NCBI GenBank assembly: GCA_963714345.1
Contig: CAVQOD010000002.1
Span: 215,822 to 279,821, forward strand
Origin: an uncultured Alphaproteobacteria bacterium
GTDB lineage: Bacteria > Pseudomonadota > Alphaproteobacteria > Rhizobiales > Xanthobacteraceae
Direction: 5' to 3'
Length of the DNA: 64,000 nucleotides
Shown: piece after piece, positions 42,996 to 53,453 of the stretch
Layout of the letters: every line of letters begins with the position of its first letter
How positions within the stretch are numbered: the first letter of the stretch is position 1
Position numbers and translations under genes: made by a program
Notes under the pieces: model-generated
The model's database searches: none
What the model saw: only the letters and a program-made list of their open reading frames with translations
What the model was told of the DNA's origin: nothing

Positions 42996-44267
42996 CTAGC
43001 CGGTGGCGAGGTGCTTCTTCCGCATGGTTCGCAGCGCCGTGATGGCGAGCAGCGCGGTCACGGCATCGAGCACCGCGACCACCACGAAGACCGCGGTCCA
43101 GCTTCCGGTTTGCTGTTTTAAGAACGCCGCCGCGGGTCCGGCCAGGATCGAGCCGACGCCCTGGGCGATATAGAGGAAGCCGTAGTTGGTTGCCGCGTAT
43201 TTGGGGCCGAACGTGTCGGTGAGCGTCGAGGGAAACAGCGAAAAGATCTCGCCCCAGCCGAAAAAGACCAAGCCGCTTAAGACCACAAACAAGGCCGGTT
43301 GGTTGATATAGGCGAACAAGACGACAATAGCGGCGCATTCGAGCGAGAACGCCAGCGCCATCGTGCCTTCGCGGCCGATGTGGTCCGAGACCCAGCCGAA
43401 GAACGGCCGCGTCAGTCCGTTGGTGACACGCGACAATGTCAACGACAGCGGCAAGGCTGCCATGCCCAGCACAAGCATGTTGGCGACGCCAAAGTCCTTG
43501 GCGAAGGGTCCGACGTTGAAGACGACCATCAAGCCCGAAGTCGACATCATGCTCATCATCAGGAACAGCAGATAGAAGACCGGGCTTTTCAACATCTCGC
43601 GCGGTGAATAGCTGCGGTGCGCCTGTTGCACGGCGACTGCCGCACCCGCGCCGGTGTTCGGCGCCTGATAATCCTCCGGCGGCGTGCGCAGCCCTTGTGC
43701 GGCAAGGATACCGATGATGCCTTGGATCACGCCCCACACCACAAATGTCTGCGCATAACCGTAACTTTTGATCATGCTGTCGATCGGGAAGCTGGTGAAA
43801 AACGCGCCGAAGCCATATCCCGCGGCGGCAAGTCCGGTGGCGAGTCCGCGCCGGTCCGGGAACCAGCGCACCATCAGCCCGATAATGCCGACATAGATGA
43901 TGCCGGTGCCGAATCCCCCGAGCACGCCGTAAGTGAAGTACAGCGCCCAAAGGCTGTTGGCATAGGCAGACAGGACCCAGCTTCCGCCGGAAAGGAGCGC
44001 TCCAAGCGAAATCAGCGCACGCGGCCCGAAACGATCCACCAGATAGGCCTGGAATGGGGAGAACCAGGTTTGCAAGATGACCAAGAGCGAGATGGTCCAC
44101 TGCAGTTCGGCAAGCGTGGTGCCGAGTTTTTGATTGAGCGGGCTAGTGAACAGCGTCCAGACATATTGCGGGCTGGAGATTGCCATCATGGCGATCACGC
44201 CGAGGATGAGCTGATTCCAGCGGTTCGGCGTCGAAGCCGCGCGGTCGGTGGGAATGGCGATTGTCAT
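42996..44267 (-). CDS. MFS transporter, oxalate/formate antiporter (OFA) family-like
   Basis: 423-aa 12-TM ORF: ...NRWNQLILGVIAMMAISSPQYVWTLF...FPDRRGLATGLAAAGYGFGA... Confidence 0.8.
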   Translation of the reverse strand: MTIAIPTDRAASTPNRWNQLILGVIAMMAISSPQYVWTLFTSPLNQKLGTTLAELQWTISLLVILQTWFSPFQAYLVDRFGPRALISLGALLSGGSWVLSAYANSLWALYFTYGVLGGFGTGIIYVGIIGLMVRWFPDRRGLATGLAAAGYGFGAFFTSFPIDSMIKSYGYAQTFVVWGVIQGIIGILAAQGLRTPPEDYQAPNTGAGAAVAVQQAHRSYSPREMLKSPVFYLLFLMMSMMSTSGLMVVFNVGPFAKDFGVANMLVLGMAALPLSLTLSRVTNGLTRPFFGWVSDHIGREGTMALAFSLECAAIVVLFAYINQPALFVVLSGLVFFGWGEIFSLFPSTLTDTFGPKYAATNYGFLYIAQGVGSILAGPAAAFLKQQTGSWTAVFVVVAVLDAVTALLAITALRTMRKKHLATG

Positions 44268-44381
44268 GGTTCAGCCTTTCGATCTGGGCCCCCGACATCA
44301 GCCACTAGCCCGCAGCGTCGCAAAACTGCGCGCCGAGTAAAGCCGATATTCAATGCAAGAGATGATCTGAAATTGGGCAAC

Positions 44382-45180
44382 TCAGCGCGTCGGCGAGGGC
44401 GCCAACGCGGCGTGATCGAAGCCGAAACGAGCGATAACGGCGTGCGGCGCGCGGCCGGAAGTGAAGATGGCGCGTGTCGTGCCACGCTCGGCCGCAGCCG
44501 CGCCGGGGCCGAGCAGATCGACGACCCGGCGTGCGATCGCCGGCGCCGGATCGATAAAATTCACCGGCCACGCCGCAAGTTTCCGCAAGCGCTCGATCAG
44601 CAGTGGATAGTGCGTGCAGGCGAGCACGATGGTGTCGGTGCGCTTGCCGTCATCGACGAAGGCTGGCGCGATTTCGTTCTCGCAACGCAGCGTCGCCGAC
44701 CGGCACGCCGGCAAGGTCGTCTTCGGCATAGCCCGCCAGTTTCTTCGAGCCCACCAGCGTGACTTGGCAATCGCCCGCGTAGTCGCGAATGAGCGCACGG
44801 GTATATTCGCGCTGCACCGTCGCCTCGGTGCCAAGGACGGAGACGCGCCGTGTTACCGAGGCGGCACAGGCCGGCTTGATCGCCGGCACCGTGCCGACGA
44901 ACGGCACCGCGAATTTTCTGCGCAATTCCGCGAGCACGATGGTGGAAGCGGTATTGCAGGCGATGACGATCAGATCGGGCCGGTGCGCCGCGATGAGCTC
45001 GTCCATCAGCCCGACGACGCGCGCGATCAGCGCCGGCTCCGCCATGGCGCCATACGGAAACGCCGCATCGTCGGCGACATAGAGGAAATCGGCATCCGGC
45101 CGCGCGACCGCGACCTCACGATAGACGGTGAGGCCGCCGAGGCCGGAATCGAATATCAGGATGGTTTTTCGTTCCACCAT
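44382..45180 (-). pseudogene. murI: Glutamate racemase; one apparent frameshift (~44685)
   Basis: MVERKTILIFDSGLGGLTVYREV...IVIACNTASTIVL... (ORF 44650..45180) continues [31 protein letters not shown]... (ORF 44382..44834). Confidence 0.88.
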
Positions 45181-45214
45181 CGCGCCAACTTACCTCACGC
45201 GCGATGTTTTCGCT

Positions 45215-45775
45215 TTAGGCCGTCAGGCTTTCCACCAGCCGGGGGCCTTCTTTCGGATTGGCGCTCTGCTGCTCTGCCGCAATCGGCTGGTCCGGCGCCG
45301 GCGCCACCAAGCCGCTCACGGCGGTGAAGGTCAGGATCAGGATAACCGCCAGATTGCCGTCATGAAAGTTGGCGAAGGCGACGGCGCCCATCAAATAGGC
45401 CCAAAACGGGAAGGCGATCGTGGAAACGATGGCGTTGGTGATCCAGGCGTCGCCGTTCTCGCGCACATACCAGCAGAACACCGGCGTCATAATCAGTCCG
45501 ACCAGCAAGGCGCCAATCGCGATGGTGGTGACTGAAAGCCCGGCCATGGTGGCCGTGCCGTTGCCGGCTGCCACCGCCTGCGCCAGAATGGCATTGACCA
45601 GCATCGAGCCGCCGATGATCTCGGCCGGAATATATTTCACCGTTCGCGTCAGATAATCGTCGCCGGGTTCGGCGGTTGCCGCCGGCTGCGCGCGCGTTTG
45701 GAACATGCCGCCGAAGTCGGAGGCTTGCGCCGGCGCGGCTTCCGGCAATTTCGGCTTGCGTACCAAACGGCCCAT
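45215..45775 (-). CDS. Hypothetical membrane protein
   Basis: 186-aa ORF with 3-4 TM segments (…IIGGSMLVNAILAQAV…TTIAIGALLVGLIMTPVFCWY…). Start not verified. Confidence 0.5.
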   Translation of the reverse strand: MGRLVRKPKLPEAAPAQASDFGGMFQTRAQPAATAEPGDDYLTRTVKYIPAEIIGGSMLVNAILAQAVAAGNGTATMAGLSVTTIAIGALLVGLIMTPVFCWYVRENGDAWITNAIVSTIAFPFWAYLMGAVAFANFHDGNLAVILILTFTAVSGLVAPAPDQPIAAEQQSANPKEGPRLVESLTA

Positions 45776-45881
45776 AATCTTCTCCTCCGTCGGTTGTGCG
45801 AACCTACGTCAGACGGCCGAGTCGGGCAAGGAGAGGAAACCCCTGAAATTTCAGTGGAATGCGGAATATGGTTAACGGCGC

Positions 45882-47189
45882 TCAGGGCCGGCCGAAGACG
45901 CGGGCGAAAATGGCGTCGACCTGGGCCATGTGGAAATCGAGATCGAAATTGGCGGCCAGTTCCGCTTCGCTCAAATGCTTGCGTACGTCCGGGTCGGCCT
46001 TGAGCAGCTCCAGAAAATCGCCGCCGCCGGCCCACACTTTCATGGCGTTGCGCTGCACCAGCCGATAGGCGTCTTCGCGCGCCACGCCCTTTTGCGTAAG
46101 CGCCAGCAGAACGCGTTGCGAGTGCACCAGGCCGCCGAGCCGGTCGAGGTTCTTTCGCATCGTGTCGGGATAGACGATGAGCTTGTCGATAATCCCGGCG
46201 AGGCGGTTGAGCGCGAAATCCAGCGTCACGGTCGCGTCCGGGCCGATCATGCGCTCGACCGAGGAATGCGAAATGTCGCGCTCGTGCCACAGCGCGACAT
46301 TCTCCAGCGCCGGGATCACATAGGCGCGCGCCATCCGCGCCAGCCCGACAAGGTTTTCCGAGAGCACCGGATTGCGCTTGTGCGGCATCGCCGAAGAGCC
46401 TTTTTGCCCTTCCGAGAAAAATTCCTCCGCCTCCAAAACTTCGGTGCGCTGCAAGTGGCGGATTTCGGTCGCCAGCCGCTCGATCGAGGCGGCGACCACG
46501 CCGAGCGTTGCGAAATACATGGCATGGCGGTCGCGCGGAATGATTTGCGTCGAGATCGGTTCGACGGCGAGCCCCATTTTCTCCGCCACATAGGCTTCGA
46601 CGCGCGGATCGACCTGGGCAAAGGTGCCGACCGCGCCGGAGATGGCGCAGGTCGCGACCTCCTTGCGCGCCAATTCGAGGCGCGCCCGGGCGCGAGAGAA
46701 CTCGGCGAAGCCGACGGCGAGCTTGAGCCCGAAGGTGGTCGGCTCGGCATGGATGCCGTGCGAGCGGCCGATGGTCGGGGTGAATTTATATTCGCGGGCG
46801 CGCCGCTCCAGCGCCGCCAACAGCGCATCGACGTCGGCGATGAGAATATCGGCGGCGCGAACGAGCTGCACGTTCAGGCAGGTGTCGAGCACGTCCGACG
46901 ATGTCATGCCGAGATGCACGAAACGCGCATCGGGGCCGACGATTTCGGCGAGATGGGTGAGAAAAGCGACGACGTCATGCTTGACCTCGCGCTCGATCTC
47001 GTCGATGCGCGCGGTGTCGAAGGCCGCCGCGTTGCCCTTTTCCCAGATGGTCTTTGCCGCCGACTTCGGGATCATGCCGAGTTCGGCCATAGCGCTCGCG
47101 GCATGCGCCTCGATCTCGAACCAGATGCGAAATCGCGTCTCCGGCGTCCAGATCGCCGCCATCTGCGGACGGGTGTAGCGAGGGATCAT
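45882..47189 (-). CDS. purB: Adenylosuccinate lyase
   Basis: 435-aa ORF MIPRYTRPQMAAIWTPETRFRIWFEIEAHA...GSSAMPHKRNPVLSENL... Confidence 0.97.
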   Translation of the reverse strand: MIPRYTRPQMAAIWTPETRFRIWFEIEAHAASAMAELGMIPKSAAKTIWEKGNAAAFDTARIDEIEREVKHDVVAFLTHLAEIVGPDARFVHLGMTSSDVLDTCLNVQLVRAADILIADVDALLAALERRAREYKFTPTIGRSHGIHAEPTTFGLKLAVGFAEFSRARARLELARKEVATCAISGAVGTFAQVDPRVEAYVAEKMGLAVEPISTQIIPRDRHAMYFATLGVVAASIERLATEIRHLQRTEVLEAEEFFSEGQKGSSAMPHKRNPVLSENLVGLARMARAYVIPALENVALWHERDISHSSVERMIGPDATVTLDFALNRLAGIIDKLIVYPDTMRKNLDRLGGLVHSQRVLLALTQKGVAREDAYRLVQRNAMKVWAGGGDFLELLKADPDVRKHLSEAELAANFDLDFHMAQVDAIFARVFGRP

Positions 47190-47201
47190 GTGTTTTCTTG
47201 C

Positions 47202-47525
47202 TTAGCGACGGCGTTTAGCAGCTTTGCGTATCGGCGTATCGCTCAGTTTAACAGGGCGTGCCGAAAGCATAATGCCGAGTGCCCGGTTGATTCTCATCAC
47301 AGTACCGAACTCGGGATTTCCTTTTTCTCCTAGCGCCTTATAGAGACTTTCCCGGCTTAGCCCAGTCTCTTCCGCTATGTGTGCCATCCCGCGGGCGCGG
47401 GCGACGATATTGTAGGCATCTCGGATGAATTCGGGATCGCCTGTCTCATAGGCCGCCGTGATGTATTCGGCTTGCGCTTCCCGTGAGCGGAGGTAATCCG
47501 CTACATCGAATGGCGTGGTTTTCAT
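47202..47525 (-). CDS. Addiction-module antidote protein (HigA/XRE-type antitoxin; TIGR02684-like, name from memory)
   Basis: MKTTPFDVADYLRSREAQAEYITAAYETGDPEFIRDAYNIVARARGMAHIAEETGLSRESLYKALGEKGNPEFGTV. Its start overlaps the upstream toxin stop (ATGA). Confidence 0.8.
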   Translation of the reverse strand: MKTTPFDVADYLRSREAQAEYITAAYETGDPEFIRDAYNIVARARGMAHIAEETGLSRESLYKALGEKGNPEFGTVMRINRALGIMLSARPVKLSDTPIRKAAKRRR

Positions 47526-47824
47526 CCGTCCAGCTTCTCCAATAGTTGCCGCGCTTTCGCGATGTCACGTTGCTGGGATTTCTTATCTCCCCCGCACAGC
47601 AGCAATACGATCGACGTCCCGCGATGGGTAAAGTAGACGCGATAGCCGGGTCCATAGTCGATCCGCATTTCTCCCAAACCGCCGGCGAGAGATCTCGTAT
47701 CCCCCGGATTGCCATGCTCCAATCGCCGAATACGTGAGCCAATTCGCGCTTTTGCTCGTTCGTCGCGGAGCTGATGCAGCCAATGCGCAAATTCGCTGCT
47801 TTGGCGTACGTCTATTGCCAGCAC
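47522..47824 (-). CDS. Addiction-module killer protein (RelE/HigB-superfamily toxin; TIGR02683-like, name from memory)
   Basis: ...FAHWLHQLRDERAKARIGSRIRRLEHGNPGDTRSLAGGLGEMRIDYGPGYRVYFTHRGTSIVLLLCGGDKKSQQRDIAKA... Confidence 0.8.
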   Translation of the reverse strand: MLAIDVRQSSEFAHWLHQLRDERAKARIGSRIRRLEHGNPGDTRSLAGGLGEMRIDYGPGYRVYFTHRGTSIVLLLCGGDKKSQQRDIAKARQLLEKLDG

Positions 47825-47902
47825 GGCACCATCTGACGGTCAATGTAGCCTATGGGCTACAATAAATCAAGTATCGAACTCTGATCAGCGCCCGACGAAA
47901 AC

Positions 47903-48877
47903 TCACGCCGCAAATCGCGCGCGGTCGTGCGGCTTGCGATAATCGACCGGCGTGCCCTTGGGGATGATGCCGGTCGGATTGACGCGCGCAATCGAATAAT
48001 AGCCGATCACGTAATAGCGCGGCTTGACGGTCTCGGCGACGCCCGGCACCGCATAAAGCTCGCGCATGTAGTTGAGTAAATTCGGAAAGTCGGCGATGCG
48101 GTTTCTGTTGCACTTGAACAGCGAAAAATAGGCGACGTCGAAACGCACCAGAGTGGGGAACAGCCGCCAATCCGCCTCGGTGATGCGGTTGCCGACCAGA
48201 TAGCGCTGGCGGCCGAGCCGCGCCTCGATCTCGTCGAGGGTGGCGAACAGCGCGTCGTAAGCCTCCTCATAGGCGGCCTGCGACTTGGCGAAGCCGCAGC
48301 GGTAAACGCCGTTATTCACGTTGGCATAGACCTGCGCATTGATCCGATCGATCTCTTCGCGCAGCGGCTTTGGATAAAAATCCGTCGCATCGGCGCCGAT
48401 GCCGGCGAACTCCGAATTGAGCATGCGGATGATCTCGGAGGATTCGTTATTGACGATCCGCTTGGTCTTCTTGTCCCACAGCGTCGGCACCGTCACTTTG
48501 CCGGTATAATGCGGATTGCTGGCGGCATAGGCCTCATGCAGATAATGGAAGCCGTTGACGCGGTCGGGCGGGCAGTCCGGGAAAGCGGGACTGTCCTCGA
48601 ACGTCCAGCCTTGCGTCCGCAAGCCCGGCACGGCGATCGACACGCTGATCGCGCCAGTGAGTTTCTTGAGCGCCAGGTAGATTTGCGTGCGGTGCGCCCA
48701 GGGGCAGGTATAGGCGACGTAGAGATGATAGCGCCCGGCTTCGGCGGGAAAGCCCGACGAGCCATCTGCGGTGATGCGGTCGCGAAACACGCTGTCGACG
48801 CGCTGGAAATTGCCGGTCTTGCCGGTTTCCGCCGGCAACTCCTCGTCGCGCCATTGGCCGTCGACCAGTATTCCCAT
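47903..48877 (-). CDS. yqjG: Glutathionyl-hydroquinone reductase (Xi-class GST, YqjG/ECM4 type)
   Basis: [35 protein letters not shown]...GRYHLYVAYTCPWAHRTQIY (CPWA active-site motif). Confidence 0.88.
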   Translation of the reverse strand: MGILVDGQWRDEELPAETGKTGNFQRVDSVFRDRITADGSSGFPAEAGRYHLYVAYTCPWAHRTQIYLALKKLTGAISVSIAVPGLRTQGWTFEDSPAFPDCPPDRVNGFHYLHEAYAASNPHYTGKVTVPTLWDKKTKRIVNNESSEIIRMLNSEFAGIGADATDFYPKPLREEIDRINAQVYANVNNGVYRCGFAKSQAAYEEAYDALFATLDEIEARLGRQRYLVGNRITEADWRLFPTLVRFDVAYFSLFKCNRNRIADFPNLLNYMRELYAVPGVAETVKPRYYVIGYYSIARVNPTGIIPKGTPVDYRKPHDRARFAA

Positions 48878-49563
48878 TATGCAGCCTCCCCGCGGACCAG
48901 CGCCGCCGCCTGGCGGATCGCTGCGATATTGGCGCGATAGCTCTCCGGCGTCTTGTCTTTGAACACCGCCGAGCCGGCGACGAAGGCGTTGGCGCCGGCG
49001 CGCGCGGCAAGCGGCGCGACCTCCGGCGTAATGCCGCCGTCGATCTCGATGTCGATCGGGCGCGCGCCGGCCATGGCGCGCAGATTGCGAACCTTGTTGA
49101 CGGCGTCGGGTATGAATTTCTGGCCGCCGAAGCCCGGATTAACCGACATCACCAGAATGAGGTCGACCAGATCGATGACGTGCTCGACGCTGCTTTCCGC
49201 CGTGCCGGGATTCATGGTGACGCCGGCCTTCTTGCCGAGCGCGCGGATCGCCTGCAGCGAGCGGTGGATGTGGGGACCCGCTTCGACATGGACGGTGATG
49301 TGATCGGAGCCGGCCTTGGCGAAGGCTTCGAGATAAGGATCGCAGGGCGCGATCATCAGATGCACGTCGAGCGGCTTTTTGGTGTACGGCCGGATCGCTT
49401 TGACGATATCCGGCCCGAACGAGATGTTGGGCACGAAATGACCGTCCATGACGTCGACATGGATCCAGTCGGCGCCGGCGGCATCGACCGCGCGCACCTC
49501 CTCGCCCAATTTCGCGAAATCGGCGGCGAGGATCGACGGGGCGATGATGAGCGGCCGGGACAC
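48877..49563 (-). CDS. rpe: Ribulose-phosphate 3-epimerase
   Basis: GTG start after ggagag: [50 protein letters not shown]...[13 protein letters not shown]... Confidence 0.93.
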   Translation of the reverse strand: MSRPLIIAPSILAADFAKLGEEVRAVDAAGADWIHVDVMDGHFVPNISFGPDIVKAIRPYTKKPLDVHLMIAPCDPYLEAFAKAGSDHITVHVEAGPHIHRSLQAIRALGKKAGVTMNPGTAESSVEHVIDLVDLILVMSVNPGFGGQKFIPDAVNKVRNLRAMAGARPIDIEIDGGITPEVAPLAARAGANAFVAGSAVFKDKTPESYRANIAAIRQAAALVRGEAA

Positions 49564-49707
49564 TGGACTCTCCAGGATTACGGGTTCGCCTAACACGCCA
49601 TCTGCCGCGGAGCAACGCGCCAAAACCGGCCAAATCGTGCGCCGGTTCGCACTTGTCCGGCAAGCTCGGGCTCGCCACATTCGCACTTCTTACGGAACGG
49701 AGGTTTT

Positions 49708-50970
49708 GTGGCGCGCACCGATGTCATCGTGCTGGGAGCCGGCATCGTCGGCGCCTCGGTCGCACTGCATCTGGTCAAGCGCGGCCGCTCGGTGGCGCTG
49801 GTCGACCGCGGCGGCGCGGGCGAGGCGACCTCTTATGGCAATGCCGGCATTATCGAGGGCAACACCATCTTTCCGGCGGCATTCCCGTCGGATTGGGCGA
49901 CGCTTCTTGCCATCGCGCTCAAACGCTCGCCACTCGCCAATTATCATCTCGCGTTCCTGCCAAAGATCGCGCCCTGGCTGTTGGCCTTCCGCGCCGCGTC
50001 GCAGCCGGCGCGATTGGCCGAGACCGCGCAAGCGATGCGTCCGTTGTTCGCCCGCGCGGTCGCCGAGCATGAGGCGCTGAGCCTTGAGTCCGGTGCGGCC
50101 AAATATCTGCGCCGCACCGGCTGGCTGAAACTGTATCGCACCGAGAAGGGGTTTACCGGCGTGGCGCGCGAACTCGATCTTGCCGCCAAACTCGGCATCG
50201 CCAATATCCCGCTCGATCCCGAGGCGGCACGCGCGCTCGAACCCTCGCTTAAGCCGGTATTCCGTCACGCGGTGCACTGGACCGGTGCGGTGAGCCTGAG
50301 CAATCCGCTCGCCGTGACGCGCGCTTATGCGGCGCGCTTTGCCGCGCTCGGCGGGTTGTCGTTTATCGGGGACGCGCGAACGCTGCATCGCGTGCATCCG
50401 CATTGGCGCGTCGAGACGGCGTCCGGCCCGCTCGATGCGGACGAGATCGTCATCGCGCTCGGCCCGTGGCTGCCGGATGTGCTCGAGCCGCTCGGCATAA
50501 AACTGCCGCTCGCGGTCAAGCGCGGCTATCACCGCCATTTCCGTGCGCAAGGCAATGCCGCGCTGGCGCGGCCGGTGCTCGACGCCGAGAACGGCTATGT
50601 GCTGACGCCGATGGAGCAGGGCATCCGCTTGACCACCGGCGTCGAGTTCGCCGCCCGCGACGCGCCGCCAACTCCGGTGCAGTTCAAGCGCCTGCTGCCG
50701 GCGGCACAAGAGCTGTTCCCACTCGGCGATCCGGTCGAGGCGCAGCCATTTGGTGGAAAAACTTGGCTCGGTGCGCGTCCGTGCTTTGCCGATTCCCGGC
50801 CCGTCATCGGACGCGCGCCGGGACAAGCCGGGTTATGGCTCGCCTGCGGCCATTCGCATTGGGGGCTGACGCTCGGTCCGGCGACCGGCCGGCTGCTCGC
50901 CGAAATGATGACCGGCGCGGCGCCGTTCTGCGATCCGCAGCCTTATGCGGCGGAACGGTTCACCAAGTAG
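49708..50970 (+). CDS. FAD-dependent oxidoreductase (DAO / D-amino-acid dehydrogenase-like family)
   Basis: MARTDVIVLGAGIVGASVALHLVKRGRSVALVDR (GxGxxG FAD fold); 420 aa, intact. Confidence 0.85.
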   Translation: MARTDVIVLGAGIVGASVALHLVKRGRSVALVDRGGAGEATSYGNAGIIEGNTIFPAAFPSDWATLLAIALKRSPLANYHLAFLPKIAPWLLAFRAASQPARLAETAQAMRPLFARAVAEHEALSLESGAAKYLRRTGWLKLYRTEKGFTGVARELDLAAKLGIANIPLDPEAARALEPSLKPVFRHAVHWTGAVSLSNPLAVTRAYAARFAALGGLSFIGDARTLHRVHPHWRVETASGPLDADEIVIALGPWLPDVLEPLGIKLPLAVKRGYHRHFRAQGNAALARPVLDAENGYVLTPMEQGIRLTTGVEFAARDAPPTPVQFKRLLPAAQELFPLGDPVEAQPFGGKTWLGARPCFADSRPVIGRAPGQAGLWLACGHSHWGLTLGPATGRLLAEMMTGAAPFCDPQPYAAERFTK

Positions 50971-50971
50971 C

Positions 50972-51111
50972 CGTCATTCCGGGGCGCGCGAAGCGCGAGC
51001 CCGGAATCCATAGTCACAAAAAATGCAGGAATAACTCTGTCGCCAACGCCGTTCGGCATGGACAGTGAATATGGATTCCGGGCTCGGCTCTTTGAGCCGC
51101 CCCGGAATGAC
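50972..51111. repeat. Family-A composite element: two ~45-nt palindromic units in inverted orientation around a ~50-nt core
   Basis: cgtcattccggggcgcgcgaagcgcgagcccggaatccatagtcac ... gaatatggattccgggctcggctctttgagccgccccggaatgac. It fills the whole gap between convergent genes. Confidence 0.85.
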
Positions 51112-51113
51112 AA

Positions 51114-52298
51114 CTATTCGCTGATCGTCTTGATGACGCTGTTCTCGGGCCGCGTGTTGTTGCTCGACGAGAATTTGTCGTTGGCCTTCACCAGGTCGTC
51201 ATATTTCGGGATCGTCGTCACCGCGAATTTCGGCACCAGGCCCACGACTTTGTAGCCGGCGAGGTGAAGCTGGTGCAGAACTTCCGGCATGGCTTCCGCC
51301 GTTGCGTGCTGGAAGTCGTGCATCAGCAAAATGCCCTTGCCGTTCTTGGCGAGCTTGGTCATCACCGATTTGACCACTTCATCCGGCTTGCGGATCTTGA
51401 AGTCGAAGGTGTCGATGTCGGTCGAGAAGGTGGCGATATTGCGTGTGCCGAGATAAGCGATCAGGTCGGGCGGCATTTGCAGATCGGGGAAGCGGAAGAA
51501 CGGCGCGACCGGGCCGCCGGCGGCCGCCATATGCACGGCGCTGACGCCCATTTCGATCTCTTGCTTGGCCTGCTCGATATCCTTGGCGTACGGATTTTTC
51601 GCCAAATCCTTATGCGACCAGGTATGGCTGCCGACCGTCATGCCGGCATCCACCAGCGCCTTGGTCAATTGCGGGGCCCAGGTGGCGTGCTCGCCGATCT
51701 CGAAGAACGTCGCGCGCACGCAATTATCCTGCAGCGCCTTGAGCACCATCGGCGTATTTTCCGGCCACGGGCCGTCATCGAAGGTGAGCACCACTTCCTT
51801 CTCGTGCAGGAAGTCATATTGCTTGAAATGCTCCGTGCCGAACGCCGGGCCGCCCGTGGTGTCGATCTGGACGATGCGCGACATGCCGAGCGCGTCGGGA
51901 TTGTTGCACTGAGGAAGGGTGGTGGGCCAAGGCGAAGTGCTGGAGGCGCTGGGCGCGCCGCTTGCGCTCACGGCGGCAGGCGCCGGCGCAGCCGGGGCGG
52001 CCGCTGCGGAATTCTGGGCAACGACGAGCGTGGCAGGAGGAGCGGTCGGCTGCGTCGAAGTGGTGGTTTCCGACACTTTGATGACGGGCGACTGGGCGGG
52101 AGAGGTCTGAGCAATCGGCGTCTGACTGGCTTGCGCTCCGGTCGCGACCGTCGCACTCGTTGCCTGCGCGGGCGAGAAAATGTGCTCGGCGAGGGCGACC
52201 AGCGAGCCTGTTCCGGATGATTTTTGTGCGGCGACAACGCCGAACGCCGCGAGACCCAGTGTGAGCAACGCCGCAAAGACAACACCGACGACGCGCAT
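51114..52298 (-). CDS. Secreted polysaccharide deacetylase (NodB homology domain) with Ala/Pro/Thr/Ser-rich N-terminal region
   Basis: MRVVGVVFAALLTLGLAAFG...; catalytic motifs VVLTFDDGPWPENT and GSHTWSHKDL. Confidence 0.85.
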   Translation of the reverse strand: MRVVGVVFAALLTLGLAAFGVVAAQKSSGTGSLVALAEHIFSPAQATSATVATGAQASQTPIAQTSPAQSPVIKVSETTTSTQPTAPPATLVVAQNSAAAAPAAPAPAAVSASGAPSASSTSPWPTTLPQCNNPDALGMSRIVQIDTTGGPAFGTEHFKQYDFLHEKEVVLTFDDGPWPENTPMVLKALQDNCVRATFFEIGEHATWAPQLTKALVDAGMTVGSHTWSHKDLAKNPYAKDIEQAKQEIEMGVSAVHMAAAGGPVAPFFRFPDLQMPPDLIAYLGTRNIATFSTDIDTFDFKIRKPDEVVKSVMTKLAKNGKGILLMHDFQHATAEAMPEVLHQLHLAGYKVVGLVPKFAVTTIPKYDDLVKANDKFSSSNNTRPENSVIKTISE

Positions 52299-52455
52299 CG
52301 AAACCTCCGCCACAAATCTACACGACCAGCCCGTCACGAAGTGAAGGCGCAATCCTGCGACGAGTCAATAAAAACCAGGGTTCGGCCGGTGGAGAATGTC
52401 ATTCGTGGTTTCCGCCGCAAGGTTAAAAATTCACAAGCCTGCTGAAGGTGTTGAG

Positions 52456-53448
52456 CTAACGGCCGAATTGATCCTGCCAGCTCGGCATCGCGCCGGCCAA
52501 GGGCAGGGCCGTGGCCGCAAAAACCCCCCGCGCAATGGCGCGGGCCGCGACATTGGCGGCAAGGGCGCCGAGCGCGGTCAGGCCAAGCGTCGGGTCGGCA
52601 AGCGGCCGGCGTCCGGTCGAGGCCGCGAACACGACGTCGCCGTCAAGCGGGCTATGGACCGGATAGATCGCGCGCGACAGGCCGGATTGCGCCATCACGG
52701 CGAGACGCTTGGCCTGCGCCTTGGTCAATATCGCGTCGGTGGCGACGACGACGAGCGTCGTGTTCTCGCGCGCGCCGCCCTTGGTGCGCGGCTCGAGCGC
52801 TTGCGGCGGGAACGGGTGCGGTAGCCCGCGGCCGCCGTATTCGCCGTTTTGTTCGAATGGCGCCGCCCAGAACCATGGACCGCTGCCGATCGTCACGCTG
52901 CCCGCGGCGTTCACCGCCGCGAGCGCGCCGACGGTGAAACCTTCCGGGCTTTGCGCCGATGCCGAGCCGATGCCGCCTTTGCAATTCACCGTGGTCGCGC
53001 CGGTGCCGGCGCCGACACTGCCCAGCGCAAAGTCCACACCGGCACTGGCTGCCGCCGCATAGCCGAATTCGCGATAGGGCGGATAGCGGCCCCAATCCTT
53101 GTTCCCGCCGCTGAGCAGGTCGAACAGGATGGCTGCGGGAACGATCGGAACGCGCGCGGTGCGCACCGCAAAGCCGCGGCCCTGTTCGCGCAGCCAGGCC
53201 TGCACGCCGGACGCCGCATCGAGGCCGAAGGCCGAGCCGCCGGACAAAGCGATGGCGTCGATGCCCTCTACAGTTTGCGCCGGATCGAGCAGCGCGGTTT
53301 CCCGCGTGCCCGGCCCGCCGCCGCGCAGGTCGATCGAGGCGACCGCCGGCGCCTCGAAAATGACCGCGGTCGAGCCGGAGCCAAGACGGGCGTCCTCGGC
53401 ATGGCCGACTTTAAGTCCCGGAACGTCGGTGATCAGGTTGCGCATCAA
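52456..53448 (-). CDS. P1/S58 family peptidase (DmpA/L-aminopeptidase-like)
   Basis: MMRNLITDVPGLKVGHAEDARLGSGSTAVIF...GGGPGTRETALL...ALSGGSAFGLDAASGV...GAGTGAT... Confidence 0.88.
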   Translation of the reverse strand: MMRNLITDVPGLKVGHAEDARLGSGSTAVIFEAPAVASIDLRGGGPGTRETALLDPAQTVEGIDAIALSGGSAFGLDAASGVQAWLREQGRGFAVRTARVPIVPAAILFDLLSGGNKDWGRYPPYREFGYAAAASAGVDFALGSVGAGTGATTVNCKGGIGSASAQSPEGFTVGALAAVNAAGSVTIGSGPWFWAAPFEQNGEYGGRGLPHPFPPQALEPRTKGGARENTTLVVVATDAILTKAQAKRLAVMAQSGLSRAIYPVHSPLDGDVVFAASTGRRPLADPTLGLTALGALAANVAARAIARGVFAATALPLAGAMPSWQDQFGR

Positions 53449-53453
53449 CTCCT

